A DNA stretch of 64,000 nucleotides, from NCBI GenBank assembly GCA_002717565.1, contig PBAZ01000001.1, positions 261,683 through 325,682 on the forward strand, read 5' to 3'. The notes beneath the pieces were generated by a model. That model was not told the origin of the DNA and did not search any database. It saw only the letters and a program-made list of their open reading frames with translations. The translations under genes and the position numbers were made by a program. Positions 46,200 to 56,205 of this stretch are shown piece by piece. Position 1 is the first letter of the stretch, and each line of letters begins with the position of its first letter. Source of the DNA: Chloroflexota bacterium (GTDB taxonomy: Bacteria > Chloroflexota > Dehalococcoidia > Lucifugimonadales > GCA-2717565).

Positions 46200-46598
46200 A
46201 TGGCATTAACCCCAGAAGAGGCACTTTATGATGCTATCGATTCTGCAGGAAGTGAAGCGAATAAAAAATATCGCGATGTAATCCATCTTCCATTTTTTTT
46301 TACAGGAGGAGCATTTCAAGATGGGTATGCGATCACTGAAGAAGATCAAGTTCCTGAATATCGTTCTCATGAATTTTCAACACGTTCACCGTCATTCATC
46401 GGATCCACAGTTAAACTTAATTCCTTTGAAGTGATTGTCAGAGATCTTCGTAAAGTTGCCTTTCTTGTTCACGCCAGCAGATGGAATGAGGACGGATCAC
46501 TACAAAGAAACTTTAGGGCAATTATTACTGTCATGCAGAAGAATGATGACTGGCGTATGATTAGCCGAAATCCATTTGCAGAAGTTGAATCGGAATAG
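46200..46598 (+). CDS. Hypothetical protein, 132 aa (possibly an NTF2-like fold)
   Basis: Strong GGGAGGGG SD 5 nt before the ATG. No recognisable catalytic motif. The NTF2-like guess rests only on size and the ...DDWRMISR... C-terminal strand pattern. Confidence 0.55.
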   Translation: MALTPEEALYDAIDSAGSEANKKYRDVIHLPFFFTGGAFQDGYAITEEDQVPEYRSHEFSTRSPSFIGSTVKLNSFEVIVRDLRKVAFLVHASRWNEDGSLQRNFRAIITVMQKNDDWRMISRNPFAEVESE

Positions 46599-46719
46599 AT
46601 GAATTCTTTATTGTTCCAGATCCGGGACAATTCCTTCTTCCAAATTAACTTCCAGAGCATTTATCGATAGGCACAGCATTGTGTAATATCCGATAATAAT
46701 CACTAGGTCAATCGAGAAT

Positions 46720-47913
46720 ATGGCGAGAGTAGAAAATAGCTTAATTGGTCAAACTATAGAAGCGAATATTAGTAGCATTTCTGAAAGTGGGCATGGGGTT
46801 ATACACTATCAGGGGCTTGATATAGCCGTTGCTAACACTATCAAGTATGAAAGAGTGATAGTCGAGATCACGGGTAGAAGAAAGTTTTTTTTGGTAGGGA
46901 CTCTCAGGAAAATACTTAAGCCTTCTGCATTCAGGGTACAGGCTGCTTGTCATCTGTTTGGAGTCTGTACAGGGTGTCAATGGCAACACATAAAATATTC
47001 CACCCAGTTAGTGATGAAACGGGATGAAGTTCGATCGAAGTTGTCCAAGGTGCTTCCAGGAATTTCCATACAAGTGGAAGATACAGTCCCCTCCCCTAGC
47101 GTGTATGGGTATCGAAACCACGCACGTTTGACCTCTCGTCAGGGCATGCTTGGATTTGTGAGCGCGCTTTCGCATAGGTTCGTTCCTGTCAGTCAGTGCA
47201 TGCTTATGAACGACGGTATCAATTATTGGCTTACAAAACTGCAAGGCAATTGTAGTCAGACCAGTCAGGTTGCCATTCGATCGGGGCAAAATAGTGGAGA
47301 TTACTTAATACAACCAACCATGGAGTCTCCTCCGGTGGGAGTGCAAACTGGGCAGTCCACGTTCGTGGAGACCCTCAGGGGGAGTTCGTTCCGCATTGGG
47401 TCTCCGTCGTTTTTCCAAGTTAACTCAGCACAAACGGTTAACCTTGTAAACGAGGTAATCTCCCGAGTAGACTCCGCTCCGGATGCTGTCGTGGTTGATG
47501 CATATGCTGGGGTTGGGACTCTAGCGGTGTTAATAGCTCCATATGTTAGAAAAGTCTTGGCAGTAGAGGAGTCCTTTTCGGCCATTGAGGACGCAAAGAT
47601 CAATATTGAGGGACATCCAAATATTGAGATTGTACAAGGTAAAACCGAACTGGTATTGAAGGATTTCAAGGAGCCTATTGATGCATTGATTCTTGACCCT
47701 CCCAGGTCAGGATGTCATCGTGACGCTATAGATTCAGTCAGAGCAATGGCTCCCCAAAAGGTTATCTATGTATCGTGTGATCCCTCATCCCTCGGGCGTG
47801 ATTTAGGCTTCTTGATACCTGATCTATATGATATTGAAAAAATACAACCCGTTGACATGTTCCCTAATACGCATCACATTGAATGCGTAGTTTCGCTTCG
47901 TTTGAAATCGTAA
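46720..47913 (+). CDS. RumA/TrmA-family RNA (uracil-5-)-methyltransferase with N-terminal TRAM domain and Fe-S cluster cysteines
   Basis: A TRAM-like N-terminus, the Cys cluster C...CTGCQWQH, SAM motifs (DAYAGVGT, LDPPRSG) and a C-terminal catalytic Cys region (YVSCDP). Confidence 0.86.
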   Translation: MARVENSLIGQTIEANISSISESGHGVIHYQGLDIAVANTIKYERVIVEITGRRKFFLVGTLRKILKPSAFRVQAACHLFGVCTGCQWQHIKYSTQLVMKRDEVRSKLSKVLPGISIQVEDTVPSPSVYGYRNHARLTSRQGMLGFVSALSHRFVPVSQCMLMNDGINYWLTKLQGNCSQTSQVAIRSGQNSGDYLIQPTMESPPVGVQTGQSTFVETLRGSSFRIGSPSFFQVNSAQTVNLVNEVISRVDSAPDAVVVDAYAGVGTLAVLIAPYVRKVLAVEESFSAIEDAKINIEGHPNIEIVQGKTELVLKDFKEPIDALILDPPRSGCHRDAIDSVRAMAPQKVIYVSCDPSSLGRDLGFLIPDLYDIEKIQPVDMFPNTHHIECVVSLRLKS

Positions 47914-47954
47914 TGAATTTAGCTGTTATCGTGATGATTTATGGAGGCTCTTAA

Positions 47955-48188
47955 GTGTTGGGTATTGGGTGGATTGAAATATTGGTAGTGTTGCTACTAG
48001 GGTTTCTCATATTAGGTCCTGACAAAATGATTGAGAGCGCTCGCATGTTGGGTAGAGGCTTTCGACAGGTTCGAGAGGCAACTGACGAGCTCACAACATC
48101 GTTAAATGTAGATCTAACTGATGAAGAAAAAGTGGAAAAGTCTGATGATGATGAGTTGAAGCCGGATGGTAGCCATCCTAAGGGATAA
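47955..48188 (+). CDS. Twin-arginine translocase TatA/TatB-family protein (TatB-like)
   Basis: N-terminal TM plus hinge GWIEILVVLLLGFLILGPDKM, followed by an amphipathic helix and an acidic tail. Sits immediately upstream of tatC. GTG start. Confidence 0.72.
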   Translation: MLGIGWIEILVVLLLGFLILGPDKMIESARMLGRGFRQVREATDELTTSLNVDLTDEEKVEKSDDDELKPDGSHPKG

Positions 48189-48235
48189 TCTGCTCGTCAT
48201 GGTATACGTTCAGATCAATTGCAAATGTACAGGGA

Positions 48236-48955
48236 ATGCGATTTATGCAGATTAGGGGACATCTCTTAGAGTTGCGTACTAGGATAATGCGAGTTAGTGT
48301 CGTGACTCTTTTGGGTATGATAGTAAGCTTCATTATGCATAAGCCTATATTGGCCTTTCTTATGCATCCAGCATTCGGTTTAGCAGATAGCGTTGCGGGA
48401 GGACCCGTATTCACTGACCCATTGGAATTTCTCAGTATTGCAATGAGGGTTTCCCTTGTCTCAGGGTTAGCAATAGCGTCGCCCGTGTTACTTTATGAAA
48501 TTATTATGTTTACTGGTCCGGGCCTGACCAAGAGGGAACGACGGTTTGTTTTAGCCTTTATGCCTGCTGCGCTGCTCTCGTTTGGGCTGGGTGCAGGGTT
48601 TGCTTATTACGTTCTGTTTCCTCCTGCGTTTACGTTTTTATTGAGTTTTGGCAGCGATGTAGCAACCCCCATGATTAGGATAGGTTCTTTGATCAACCTT
48701 GTGGTGATGTTAATGTTTTGGATGGGGGTGTTATTTGAGATACCGATAGTTATTTTTTTCTTAGCTAGGATGGGGGTGGTTGGTGCTGCTCGGTTACGTC
48801 GTTATCGTAGGTACGTGGTGGTAGTGGCATTTATATTGGGAGCTGTTGTTACTCCGACGATGGATCCGATTAATCAGTCAATAGTTGCCGGGTCTGTTGT
48901 GCTGTTATATGAGTTGGGGATATTACTTGCATGGATTGGAGCCAAGAGGGGATAA
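48236..48955 (+). CDS. tatC: Twin-arginine translocase subunit TatC
   Basis: HLLELRTRI N-terminal motif and a six-TM TatC topology with the conserved P-F / LFPP region. Confidence 0.9.
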   Translation: MRFMQIRGHLLELRTRIMRVSVVTLLGMIVSFIMHKPILAFLMHPAFGLADSVAGGPVFTDPLEFLSIAMRVSLVSGLAIASPVLLYEIIMFTGPGLTKRERRFVLAFMPAALLSFGLGAGFAYYVLFPPAFTFLLSFGSDVATPMIRIGSLINLVVMLMFWMGVLFEIPIVIFFLARMGVVGAARLRRYRRYVVVVAFILGAVVTPTMDPINQSIVAGSVVLLYELGILLAWIGAKRG

Positions 48956-49022
48956 GTTCGGGATTACCGTGAGCTTTGTGTTTAGTCACTGCGGCTTGTG
49001 CGTCAGGCGTTGTAGGCTTTGG

Positions 49023-49220
49023 TTATGAGTTGTCTTGTTTAGCAGGGTCAGGGGTGGATTCTGCTATTTGCTCCGGATCTTCGTTTTGAGACTTTTTGAA
49101 CTCGCGTAATCCTTTGCCGAGACTACCGAATACTTCAGGTAATTTCCCTGCTCCAAAGATCAGTAACACGATCAATAATACTATTAAGAGTTCCGGGGCG
49201 CCAATTCCACCTATGCGCAT
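49023..49220 (-). CDS. tatA: Twin-arginine translocase subunit TatA
   Basis: [37 protein letters not shown] is a canonical TatA TM + FG hinge + amphipathic helix. Confidence 0.87.
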   Translation of the reverse strand: MRIGGIGAPELLIVLLIVLLIFGAGKLPEVFGSLGKGLREFKKSQNEDPEQIAESTPDPAKQDNS

Positions 49221-49432
49221 TGCTAAGCCTCCACAAAATGCTTTGTAGCACTATGATGCTAATCCTGATTAAGCATTCGGTCAAGTCACCGTGGAGGTTA
49301 TATTCGTAATTTCCCGCTTTATGATTCGCAAATTTGGGATTATGGGGTATTTTGATATACTATGTTGGGACACTGGTCAGCGTATATTTTTGCTGACAAT
49401 CAAGACAGCTCGATTACTTATGGAGGATCGGC

Positions 49433-49693
49433 GTGCCACTATACGATTACGAATGCCTTTCTTGTGGAAAAATTTTTGAGGTCAGACAAGGATTCAATGA
49501 TGCTCCAGAGGCAGCATGCCCAGAATGCGATCATGAATCCAAACGCCTTTTTCGTCCGGTCGGTGTCATATTTAAAGGCTCTGGGTTCTATGTGAACGAA
49601 TATGGGAAAGGTCGCGAGGGATCTCAATCTGGATCTGACAGCCACTCTAGCTCTAGTGCAAATGCAGGCTCATCCTCTCCGTCCGATGATTAG
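49433..49693 (+). CDS. FmdB-family zinc-ribbon protein with a Ser/Gly-rich tail
   Basis: MPLYDYECLSCGKIFEV...CPECDH is the CxxC...CxxC FmdB family signature. GTG start. Confidence 0.8.
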   Translation: MPLYDYECLSCGKIFEVRQGFNDAPEAACPECDHESKRLFRPVGVIFKGSGFYVNEYGKGREGSQSGSDSHSSSSANAGSSSPSDD

Positions 49694-49708
49694 TGAGAGT
49701 GGTGTCAG

Positions 49709-50155
49709 TTGCGGTTTCTATTGCAGAGAGTTACAGAAGGATCGGTTACATGGGAAGGAACTTCGCGGAGTAATATCAGTACTGGTCTAGTGGTATTCGT
49801 TGGTATTGGACGCGGAGATCAGCATTCAGACATAGAATATTTGGTGCAAAAAACATTATCGCTGAGAATATTCTATGATCAAGTACAGGACAAACAGGTT
49901 TCTATTCAGGATGTGAATGGGGAACTATTAGTTATTAGCCAATTCACGCTATATGCTGACACTAGAAAAGGAAGGCGTCCTAGTTTTCTAAGTGCAGAGT
50001 CTCCTGATTTGGCACAAGAATTGTTTGCAGAAGTTGTAAGGCAATTCGAAGCTTCAAAATTAGTTGTTTGTGCTGGAAAATTTGGATCTAACATGACGGT
50101 CAGGCTTTCCAATGATGGTCCATATACAATAATGATTGATTCAGCAGTGGACTAG
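49709..50155 (+). CDS. dtd: D-aminoacyl-tRNA deacylase
   Basis: MRFLLQRV, SQFTLYADTRKGRRPSF and NDGPYT motifs. TTG start. Confidence 0.9.
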   Translation: MRFLLQRVTEGSVTWEGTSRSNISTGLVVFVGIGRGDQHSDIEYLVQKTLSLRIFYDQVQDKQVSIQDVNGELLVISQFTLYADTRKGRRPSFLSAESPDLAQELFAEVVRQFEASKLVVCAGKFGSNMTVRLSNDGPYTIMIDSAVD

Positions 50156-50187
50156 GGTTGAGTCTGCGGATTTGTGATTGGCTAGCA

Positions 50188-51078
50188 CTATCTCTTCGGC
50201 GCATCTACATTGAAGGCTTGTACTATATCAAGGCTGAGATCCAGAGCTGGAGCAGAGTGAGTGATAGCCCCAATTGAGATAACGTTTACTCCGGTTCGGG
50301 CGATTTCTTCTACCGAGTCGAGCGTTATTCCGCCTGATGCCTCTGTGATAAGGCCATTGTTGAGGTGAGGTATGATTTCACGTATTTCCTGAGCTGACAT
50401 ATTGTCTAGCAATAGTACATCTGCTCCTGCCTGCATTGCCTCTAGGGCTTGATCTTTGGATTCTACTTCAATTTCGATCCTTAGAGCATGGGGGGCCTGA
50501 TTTTTTGCAAGTTCGACTATACTAGTTATAGTATGTCCTATAGCTTGCAGTGCAGCTATGTGGTTATCTTTGATCAATATACCGTCTCCAAGATTTTGCC
50601 TGTGATTTCGGCCACCTCCACATAGCACTGCATATTTTTCCAATCTTCGTAAACCAGGTGTGGTTTTGCGGGTGTCAACGATTCGGGTATTTGTTTTCGA
50701 CACAGCCCGCACATATTTGGACGTTTGGGTAGCTATGCCACTCAAATGCTGTAAAAAATTCAGGGTTGTTCTTTCTGCAGCTAGTATGCTCTTCACGTTT
50801 CCCTTGATTTCAATCAAAACTTGAGATTCTTTTAGATCTTGCCCATCCGTGCATATTTCCTGTATCTCCAAGGTTTGGTCAATAGCCAGAAGAATTTTTT
50901 TCGCTATCGGAATTCCGGAACACACTCCGTCTTGTCGTGCGATAATTTGGGCCGTGCCATTAACACCCGATTTAAATAATGAGCTACTGGTTGGATCCCC
51001 TAGTGAATAATCTTCTTGAATCGCTCGCTCCAGCAATCCAGTAATGTCTGGAGAATTCAAATTTATGTTGTGTTGCAT
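50188..51078 (-). CDS. nadC: Nicotinate-nucleotide diphosphorylase (carboxylating), quinolinate phosphoribosyltransferase
   Basis: TTLNFLQHLSGIAT, DTRKTTPGLR, KDNH and LDNM motifs. Confidence 0.93.
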   Translation of the reverse strand: MQHNINLNSPDITGLLERAIQEDYSLGDPTSSSLFKSGVNGTAQIIARQDGVCSGIPIAKKILLAIDQTLEIQEICTDGQDLKESQVLIEIKGNVKSILAAERTTLNFLQHLSGIATQTSKYVRAVSKTNTRIVDTRKTTPGLRRLEKYAVLCGGGRNHRQNLGDGILIKDNHIAALQAIGHTITSIVELAKNQAPHALRIEIEVESKDQALEAMQAGADVLLLDNMSAQEIREIIPHLNNGLITEASGGITLDSVEEIARTGVNVISIGAITHSAPALDLSLDIVQAFNVDAPKR

Positions 51079-51113
51079 CGTGTCACCTTTGGATCAAATG
51101 TGCGAATCGGTAG

Positions 51114-52664
51114 TCAAGGTTTTTTCGAGGTAATATGGTTTTCCCATTTGACTGAAGTATTTGGACAGTCAATTCTATAATGAGCTCCCCTACTTTCTTC
51201 GCGTAACAGTGCTGCTTCGGTGATCAAACGAGCCACGAGCAACAGGTTTTGCAGTTCATAAGATTCAGTTGTTTGTGGCCATGTTGAAATTGTCGACCAA
51301 GCTATGAGTTGATCTTTTAGAGTTGCTAAGCCTTCTCTGGACCGTATTATACCTGCCCCATTCCATACGTGATTCTGTAGTGTGCTAAGGTTCAAATGGG
51401 GTACATCAGGCATGTTCGCGGTATCAGTTGATAGCGCAAGTGCAGTATTGCTGGCATGGTCCAATACGTGATTTGTCATTGATTCCGTGGTTCGTGAGAT
51501 TATTCGTTTGCCGAAGACTACAGTTTCCAGCAGAGAGTTACTAGCAAGTCTGTTTGCTCCATGGACTCCCGTACAAGCTACTTCTCCGCATGCGAAGAGC
51601 CCCTGAACACTGGTTTCGCCCCAAGTTGATGTCCTGACACCCCCCATCATGTAATGTGCGGCCGGAGCCACTGGTATGAGTTCCTTGGTTATATCTAGTC
51701 CGAGTTGATAGCACGTGGCGTAAATGTTTGGGAAACGGGTTATTATCCATTCAGGATTAAGGTGTGTGAGTTTTAGCCAGACTTGATTTATAGCATGTTG
51801 GTTCATTTCCGAGGCTATAGCCCTAGATACAATGTCTCTTGGCGCGAGATCCCCAAGAGGATGATATCGCTTCATAAATGATTGTCCGCTTTGGTCCACT
51901 AGTGTCGCACCTTCTCCTCTTGTGGCTTCTGATATCAGAAAAGACGGAGCGTTAGGTATTCGGAGTGCAGTAGGATGGAATTGATAGAATTCCATATCCA
52001 CAATTTCTGCACCAGCCCTGTAGGCGAGCGCCACTCCATCTCCAGTAGCTACTGAAGTATTAGTTGTGTAACGGAACAATTGGCCAGCACCACCGCTGGC
52101 TAGGATAATATAATCACCAGAGAATTCGTGGGTTTGCCCAGTAGTACTGTCGAATGCAACTACCCCCCGTGCTCGTTGCTTTTCAACACTAATTTCTGTA
52201 ACTAGCTTATTTTCGAGAATATATATATTTGATAGACGAGCCACGGATGCTAGCGTCATTTCGATATGTTGCCCAGTAGCATCACCTCCTGCATGGAGGA
52301 TACGGGGAACGCTGTGGGCAGCTTCATTGGCTAGTGTTAGGGCCCCGTGGGCTGTATCAAACTGGACGCCAAGTCGAATCAAGTCTGCTATGCGGTCAGA
52401 GGCCTCAGTCGAAAGAATATTCACGGCTTCGCTATTATAGAGGCCGGAACTGGCAGCGATGGTATCCTTGCTGTGTAATTCAGGAGAGTCGTTTTCTCCG
52501 ACAGATGCTGCTATGCCTCCTTGTGCATACTGGGTGTTACAGTCTTCAATACTCCCTTTAGTGAGAATGAGAGTCGGTCCGTGGAGGCGGGCAAGCAAAG
52601 CTGTGTACAGACCAGCGATACCACTTCCTATGATTATATATCTGTAATGGGTAATTACTGACAT
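51114..52664 (-). CDS. nadB: L-aspartate oxidase
   Basis: FAD motif IIGSGIAGL, then HAGGDATG, FHPT and GANRLASNSLLE. Confidence 0.94.
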   Translation of the reverse strand: MSVITHYRYIIIGSGIAGLYTALLARLHGPTLILTKGSIEDCNTQYAQGGIAASVGENDSPELHSKDTIAASSGLYNSEAVNILSTEASDRIADLIRLGVQFDTAHGALTLANEAAHSVPRILHAGGDATGQHIEMTLASVARLSNIYILENKLVTEISVEKQRARGVVAFDSTTGQTHEFSGDYIILASGGAGQLFRYTTNTSVATGDGVALAYRAGAEIVDMEFYQFHPTALRIPNAPSFLISEATRGEGATLVDQSGQSFMKRYHPLGDLAPRDIVSRAIASEMNQHAINQVWLKLTHLNPEWIITRFPNIYATCYQLGLDITKELIPVAPAAHYMMGGVRTSTWGETSVQGLFACGEVACTGVHGANRLASNSLLETVVFGKRIISRTTESMTNHVLDHASNTALALSTDTANMPDVPHLNLSTLQNHVWNGAGIIRSREGLATLKDQLIAWSTISTWPQTTESYELQNLLLVARLITEAALLREESRGAHYRIDCPNTSVKWENHITSKKP

Positions 52665-52778
52665 TAGTTATCGCACACTTGGTGCATCGAGCCACCATTC
52701 TAGAAGTTTACCCTGACCGTGTCGGCAAATGATACCATATCCAGTTTGCTATCGATACTTCGAACGGAGGTGCTACAG

Positions 52779-53297
52779 TTAACGGGAAAAAGGCATTCCT
52801 TGAAGTCCTTTGAGGAAACGTACTTCACCTAGATGGAAAAAACCGTGTCCAATCACGATACTTTGAATTTGTCTGCCCACGGTGGCACGAGGATTTTCTG
52901 GATTCAAAGGTCGATCGAGGTCTTTGCTGGTCATTTGGGAAAGGCCGTCATCCAGCGCTTTTTGAACAGATTCAAGGTACCCTATTAAAAGCTCCCTGTC
53001 GGGGTTAAATGCGGCCACCTGCTCGGCATTGAATCCAGTACCTGTATCGGTTTTCTCCAGACCGAATTTTTCATGCCATTTTTCTCGGTCCCATACTGGT
53101 GTTGTCCCTTCCGGTGTGTGGGAGAGGTGAAATGCTCTGTCTGCAATTCTTGGAAAGTGCCATACTAAGAATGAAATGGAATTGGACTCAGGGGTTGGTC
53201 GGAAAAGCATTTCGCTGTTTTCTAACGGGGCGATTTCAGCCAGAAAACTGCGAAAAACCTCGAATAAAGATGACTGTATAAATTGTATCGTATCCAT
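52779..53297 (-). CDS. DinB-superfamily (DinB_2-like) four-helix-bundle protein
   Basis: The size and the histidine pattern (WHFPRIADRAFH ... HGFFHLGE) are typical of DinB-family metal-binding bundles. Confidence 0.7.
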   Translation of the reverse strand: MDTIQFIQSSLFEVFRSFLAEIAPLENSEMLFRPTPESNSISFLVWHFPRIADRAFHLSHTPEGTTPVWDREKWHEKFGLEKTDTGTGFNAEQVAAFNPDRELLIGYLESVQKALDDGLSQMTSKDLDRPLNPENPRATVGRQIQSIVIGHGFFHLGEVRFLKGLQGMPFSR

Positions 53298-53335
53298 GAT
53301 TCTAACCTCATAATCTGGTAGGTGATATTGCTTGG

Positions 53336-54547
53336 TTATACCAGGGTTAACATTGAATCAAGCGCTATCCGAGCATCTTGCCTAGTTTGGCCGTCAACTA
53401 TGATTTGGTTGTTAATGGAACCCGCTTCGATTCCTTCTAGTACCCAGGCCAAATAAGCAGGGTGAATTCGATACATTGTAGTGCACGGACAGACTACAGG
53501 GTCCAGACAAAAGACAGTCTTGTCCGGATTTTCAGCTGCAATCCTGTTTACGAGACTTATCTCAGTTCCAATTGCCCATGAGGATCCAGCTGGAGCTTCA
53601 GATACTACTTTGTTGATTACTTCAGTTGACCCTACGTAATCGGCTGCAGCGACAGTTTCCATTGGGCATTCAGGGTGGACTACTACATTTAGCCCAGAGA
53701 TGGCTATGCGAGCTTTTTCTATTTGGGAAGCTGTGAACCGGGTGTGGACAGAGCAACGCCCCTGCCACAATATCAACTTGGCGTTCTGAATAGCCTCAGG
53801 GGTGTGACCCCCTAAAGGTTTGAATGGATTCCACACTATCATCTTTTCCAGCGGGATACCCATTTTCAGTCCCGTGTTTCTCCCGAGATGTTCATCCGGG
53901 AAAAATACGACTCTTTGAGCTTGCGAGAACGACCACTCTAAGGCTCTTTGAGCGTTAGATGAAGTGCATACTATGCCCCCGTTTTTCCCGCAGAGTGCCT
54001 TAATAGCTGCTGTGGAATTCATGTAGGTTACTGGCAGAATTTCTGGTATGCCGTTTCTTAGGATTTCAGTGAGATCGTCCCAACAGTCCGTCACATCTTC
54101 AGTAGGTGCCATATCTGCCATAGAGCATCCGGCAGCTAAGTTAGGTAAAATTACTCGTTGATTTTGATCAGTTAGTATATCAGCAGTTTCTGCCATGAAG
54201 TGAACGCCGCAGAATACGACATATTCTGCACTCTTTTGCGCTACAGCTTGCTGAGCTAGTTTGAAAGAATCTCCTCGGAAATCAGCGAATTTGATCACTT
54301 CATCTCTTTGGTAATGGTGCCCTAGAATCAGTAGCGATGAACCTAGCCTCCGTTTAGCAGCGGAAATGCGCTCCTCGAGCTCTGATGAATCCAAAGGATA
54401 ATAATCTTCTGGGATTTTCTGCCATTGCACGGATATCTGGGATTCTAGTTCCAGTGGCAGGCTGGTCAGTTCATTCTCAGTTCTGCAAAATGCATCTTGT
54501 TCTATCTCAGTGGTTGGTAGTAAAGGGAGTCGGTTTGTTATAGCCAT
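53336..54547 (-). CDS. nadA: Quinolinate synthase NadA (long form with a roughly 60-aa N-terminal extension)
   Basis: LILGHHYQRDEV, FCGVHFMAETA, CSMA and VHPECP motifs with the Fe-S cysteines. Confidence 0.9.
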   Translation of the reverse strand: MAITNRLPLLPTTEIEQDAFCRTENELTSLPLELESQISVQWQKIPEDYYPLDSSELEERISAAKRRLGSSLLILGHHYQRDEVIKFADFRGDSFKLAQQAVAQKSAEYVVFCGVHFMAETADILTDQNQRVILPNLAAGCSMADMAPTEDVTDCWDDLTEILRNGIPEILPVTYMNSTAAIKALCGKNGGIVCTSSNAQRALEWSFSQAQRVVFFPDEHLGRNTGLKMGIPLEKMIVWNPFKPLGGHTPEAIQNAKLILWQGRCSVHTRFTASQIEKARIAISGLNVVVHPECPMETVAAADYVGSTEVINKVVSEAPAGSSWAIGTEISLVNRIAAENPDKTVFCLDPVVCPCTTMYRIHPAYLAWVLEGIEAGSINNQIIVDGQTRQDARIALDSMLTLV

Positions 54548-54561
54548 TACAATTCTCCTGT

Positions 54562-55905
54562 CTAGTTTTGGACAAGACTTCCTTTTAGTGACCAGGGTCC
54601 GGTGCTTTGAATGTTTACAGTGACTAGTTCTCCCAATAATTCTGCAGTACTGTCAAAGAAAACGATCTTGTCCGTACGTGTTCTACCTTTCCAATGTCCT
54701 CTCTCGTGCCCTTCTACCAAAACTTCATACTGGTTACCGTTATATGTTTCATTAATCTTGCTATTGATGGTTTGTTGGATATCTTCTAGCAGATGTTTCC
54801 GATCCTGTTTTTCTTCTTTAGACACATCATCAGGTAACTTGCGCGATGCTATAGTCCCTGGACGAGGGGAGTAGGCGGCAGTATGAACTTTGTCAAAACC
54901 GACTTTTTTTAGGACGTCTAAAGTTCCCTCAAAATCTGTTCGTGTTTCTCCGGGGAAACCAACAATGATATCTGTGCTAAGCGATACCGAAGGTATTGTT
55001 GATCTTATAGTGTCGATTATAGAGAGATATTTTTGAACCGTATAGGGACGCCTCATTTGTTCGAGTACTCTGTCGCTTCCAGCCTGTATGGGAATGTTTA
55101 TGTGTTCGCACACTTTTGGGAGCGATGCGACAGCATCAATAATTCGCTTACTCATGTAGTTTGGATGTGAAGTGAGAAAGCGGATACGATCAATACCAGA
55201 TATCTCGTTGACAGCTTCTAGTAAGTCAGCGAGGTCTGTCTTGTTTTGGAAGTCATTACCATAGGCATCAACTGTTTGCCCCAATAGCGTTACTTCGCGT
55301 ACTCCTCTTAGGACTAGGTGTTCTATTTCGTTCACAATATCATCTATCGTTCTGCTTACTTCTCTTCCACGTTTGTACGGTATTATGCAGAAACTACACA
55401 TCTCGTCACAGCCGTGAATGATAGGAACGTACGTTGTAACTTCCGGATTTATTGGTGCTAGGGTGCCAACGCATCCCTCCCAATCCATGTCCAGTTTGTT
55501 CCCGAGGAGATCAAGTAGCGGTTTGTATTGTTGCGGTTGCATGAACACATCAACATATGGGAAGGTCTTCTGCAACTGGCTTTGCTGATTAGGACCTACC
55601 ATGCACCCCATCACTGCGAGCACAGTGGTTGGTTTAGCCTTTTTTAGTGGCTTGAGTGAGGTAATCGTTCCCACAACCTTGTCTTCAGCCGATTGTCTGA
55701 CCACACATGAATTCAGTACTATGACATCAGCATCTGAGGCTGTTGTTGTAGCAAGAAATCCCATTTGAGACAGGGCACTCTCAAGTCGCTCGGTATCAGC
55801 CTTGTTCATCTGGCACCCAACAGTCCACGTGTAATAACGAGGTGGAGATTGCCAATCGGCAGATTCTCTAACTATTAGGTTCGTTAAGTCTTGAACTGTT
55901 TCCAT
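54562..55905 (-). CDS. miaB: tRNA-i6A37 methylthiotransferase MiaB
   Basis: N-terminal UPF0004 cysteines (TWTVGCQMN, LNSCVV, MGCM), the radical-SAM motif CDEMCSFCIIP and a C-terminal TRAM domain. I chose ATG 55905 (AAGGGA SD) because the track's longer ORF overlaps tRNA-Ser. Confidence 0.92.
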   Translation of the reverse strand: METVQDLTNLIVRESADWQSPPRYYTWTVGCQMNKADTERLESALSQMGFLATTTASDADVIVLNSCVVRQSAEDKVVGTITSLKPLKKAKPTTVLAVMGCMVGPNQQSQLQKTFPYVDVFMQPQQYKPLLDLLGNKLDMDWEGCVGTLAPINPEVTTYVPIIHGCDEMCSFCIIPYKRGREVSRTIDDIVNEIEHLVLRGVREVTLLGQTVDAYGNDFQNKTDLADLLEAVNEISGIDRIRFLTSHPNYMSKRIIDAVASLPKVCEHINIPIQAGSDRVLEQMRRPYTVQKYLSIIDTIRSTIPSVSLSTDIIVGFPGETRTDFEGTLDVLKKVGFDKVHTAAYSPRPGTIASRKLPDDVSKEEKQDRKHLLEDIQQTINSKINETYNGNQYEVLVEGHERGHWKGRTRTDKIVFFDSTAELLGELVTVNIQSTGPWSLKGSLVQN

Positions 55906-55937
55906 TTCGTTTCCCTTATCGTGGTCTATTTCTATTA

Positions 55938-56029
55938 TGGCGGAGGGAGTGGGATTCGAACCCACGAGCCCGATCACTCGGGCTAAGCGCTTAGCAGGCG
56001 CCCGCACTAGACCTCTATGCGATCCCTCC
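55938..56029 (-). tRNA. tRNA-Ser (anticodon GCT), long variable arm, CCA encoded
   Basis: The reverse complement GGAGGGATCGCATAGAGGTCTAGTGCGGGCGCCTGCTAAGCGCTTAGCCCGAGTGATCGGGCTCGTGGGTTCGAATCCCACTCCCTCCGCCA has acceptor GGAGGGA/TCCCTCC, anticodon loop CTGCTAA, a 20-nt variable arm and T loop TTCGAAT. Confidence 0.9.
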
Positions 56030-56044
56030 TAGGATCTGTTACCC

Positions 56045-56073
56045 ATTCTAACAATGCCTCAGGAGCCATGCAA
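56045..56073 (-). promoter_or_regulatory. Candidate promoter TTGCAT-17 nt-TAGAAT, 15 nt upstream of tRNA-Ser
   Basis: The minus strand reads ccTTGCATggctcctgaggcattgtTAGAATgggtaacagatccta-GGAGGG(tRNA). -35 at 56073..56068 and -10 at 56050..56045. Confidence 0.45.
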
Positions 56074-56205
56074 GGACATAAAGGATTACCACACACAGGG
56101 ACGATGCACTGTTCCGTATACTTCTTGTAGGGATTTCGAGAGCCGATCATAGTGGTTATCAGACTAGTTATCTGAGAAGGGTTACTGCGTTCAGTGGAGG
56201 GATCG

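Noticed and set aside
55906-56007. N-terminal 34-aa extension of the miaB ORF
   Set aside because: It overlaps tRNA-Ser(GCT) (55938..56029). The conserved MiaB sequence starts at ATG 55905, which has its own SD.
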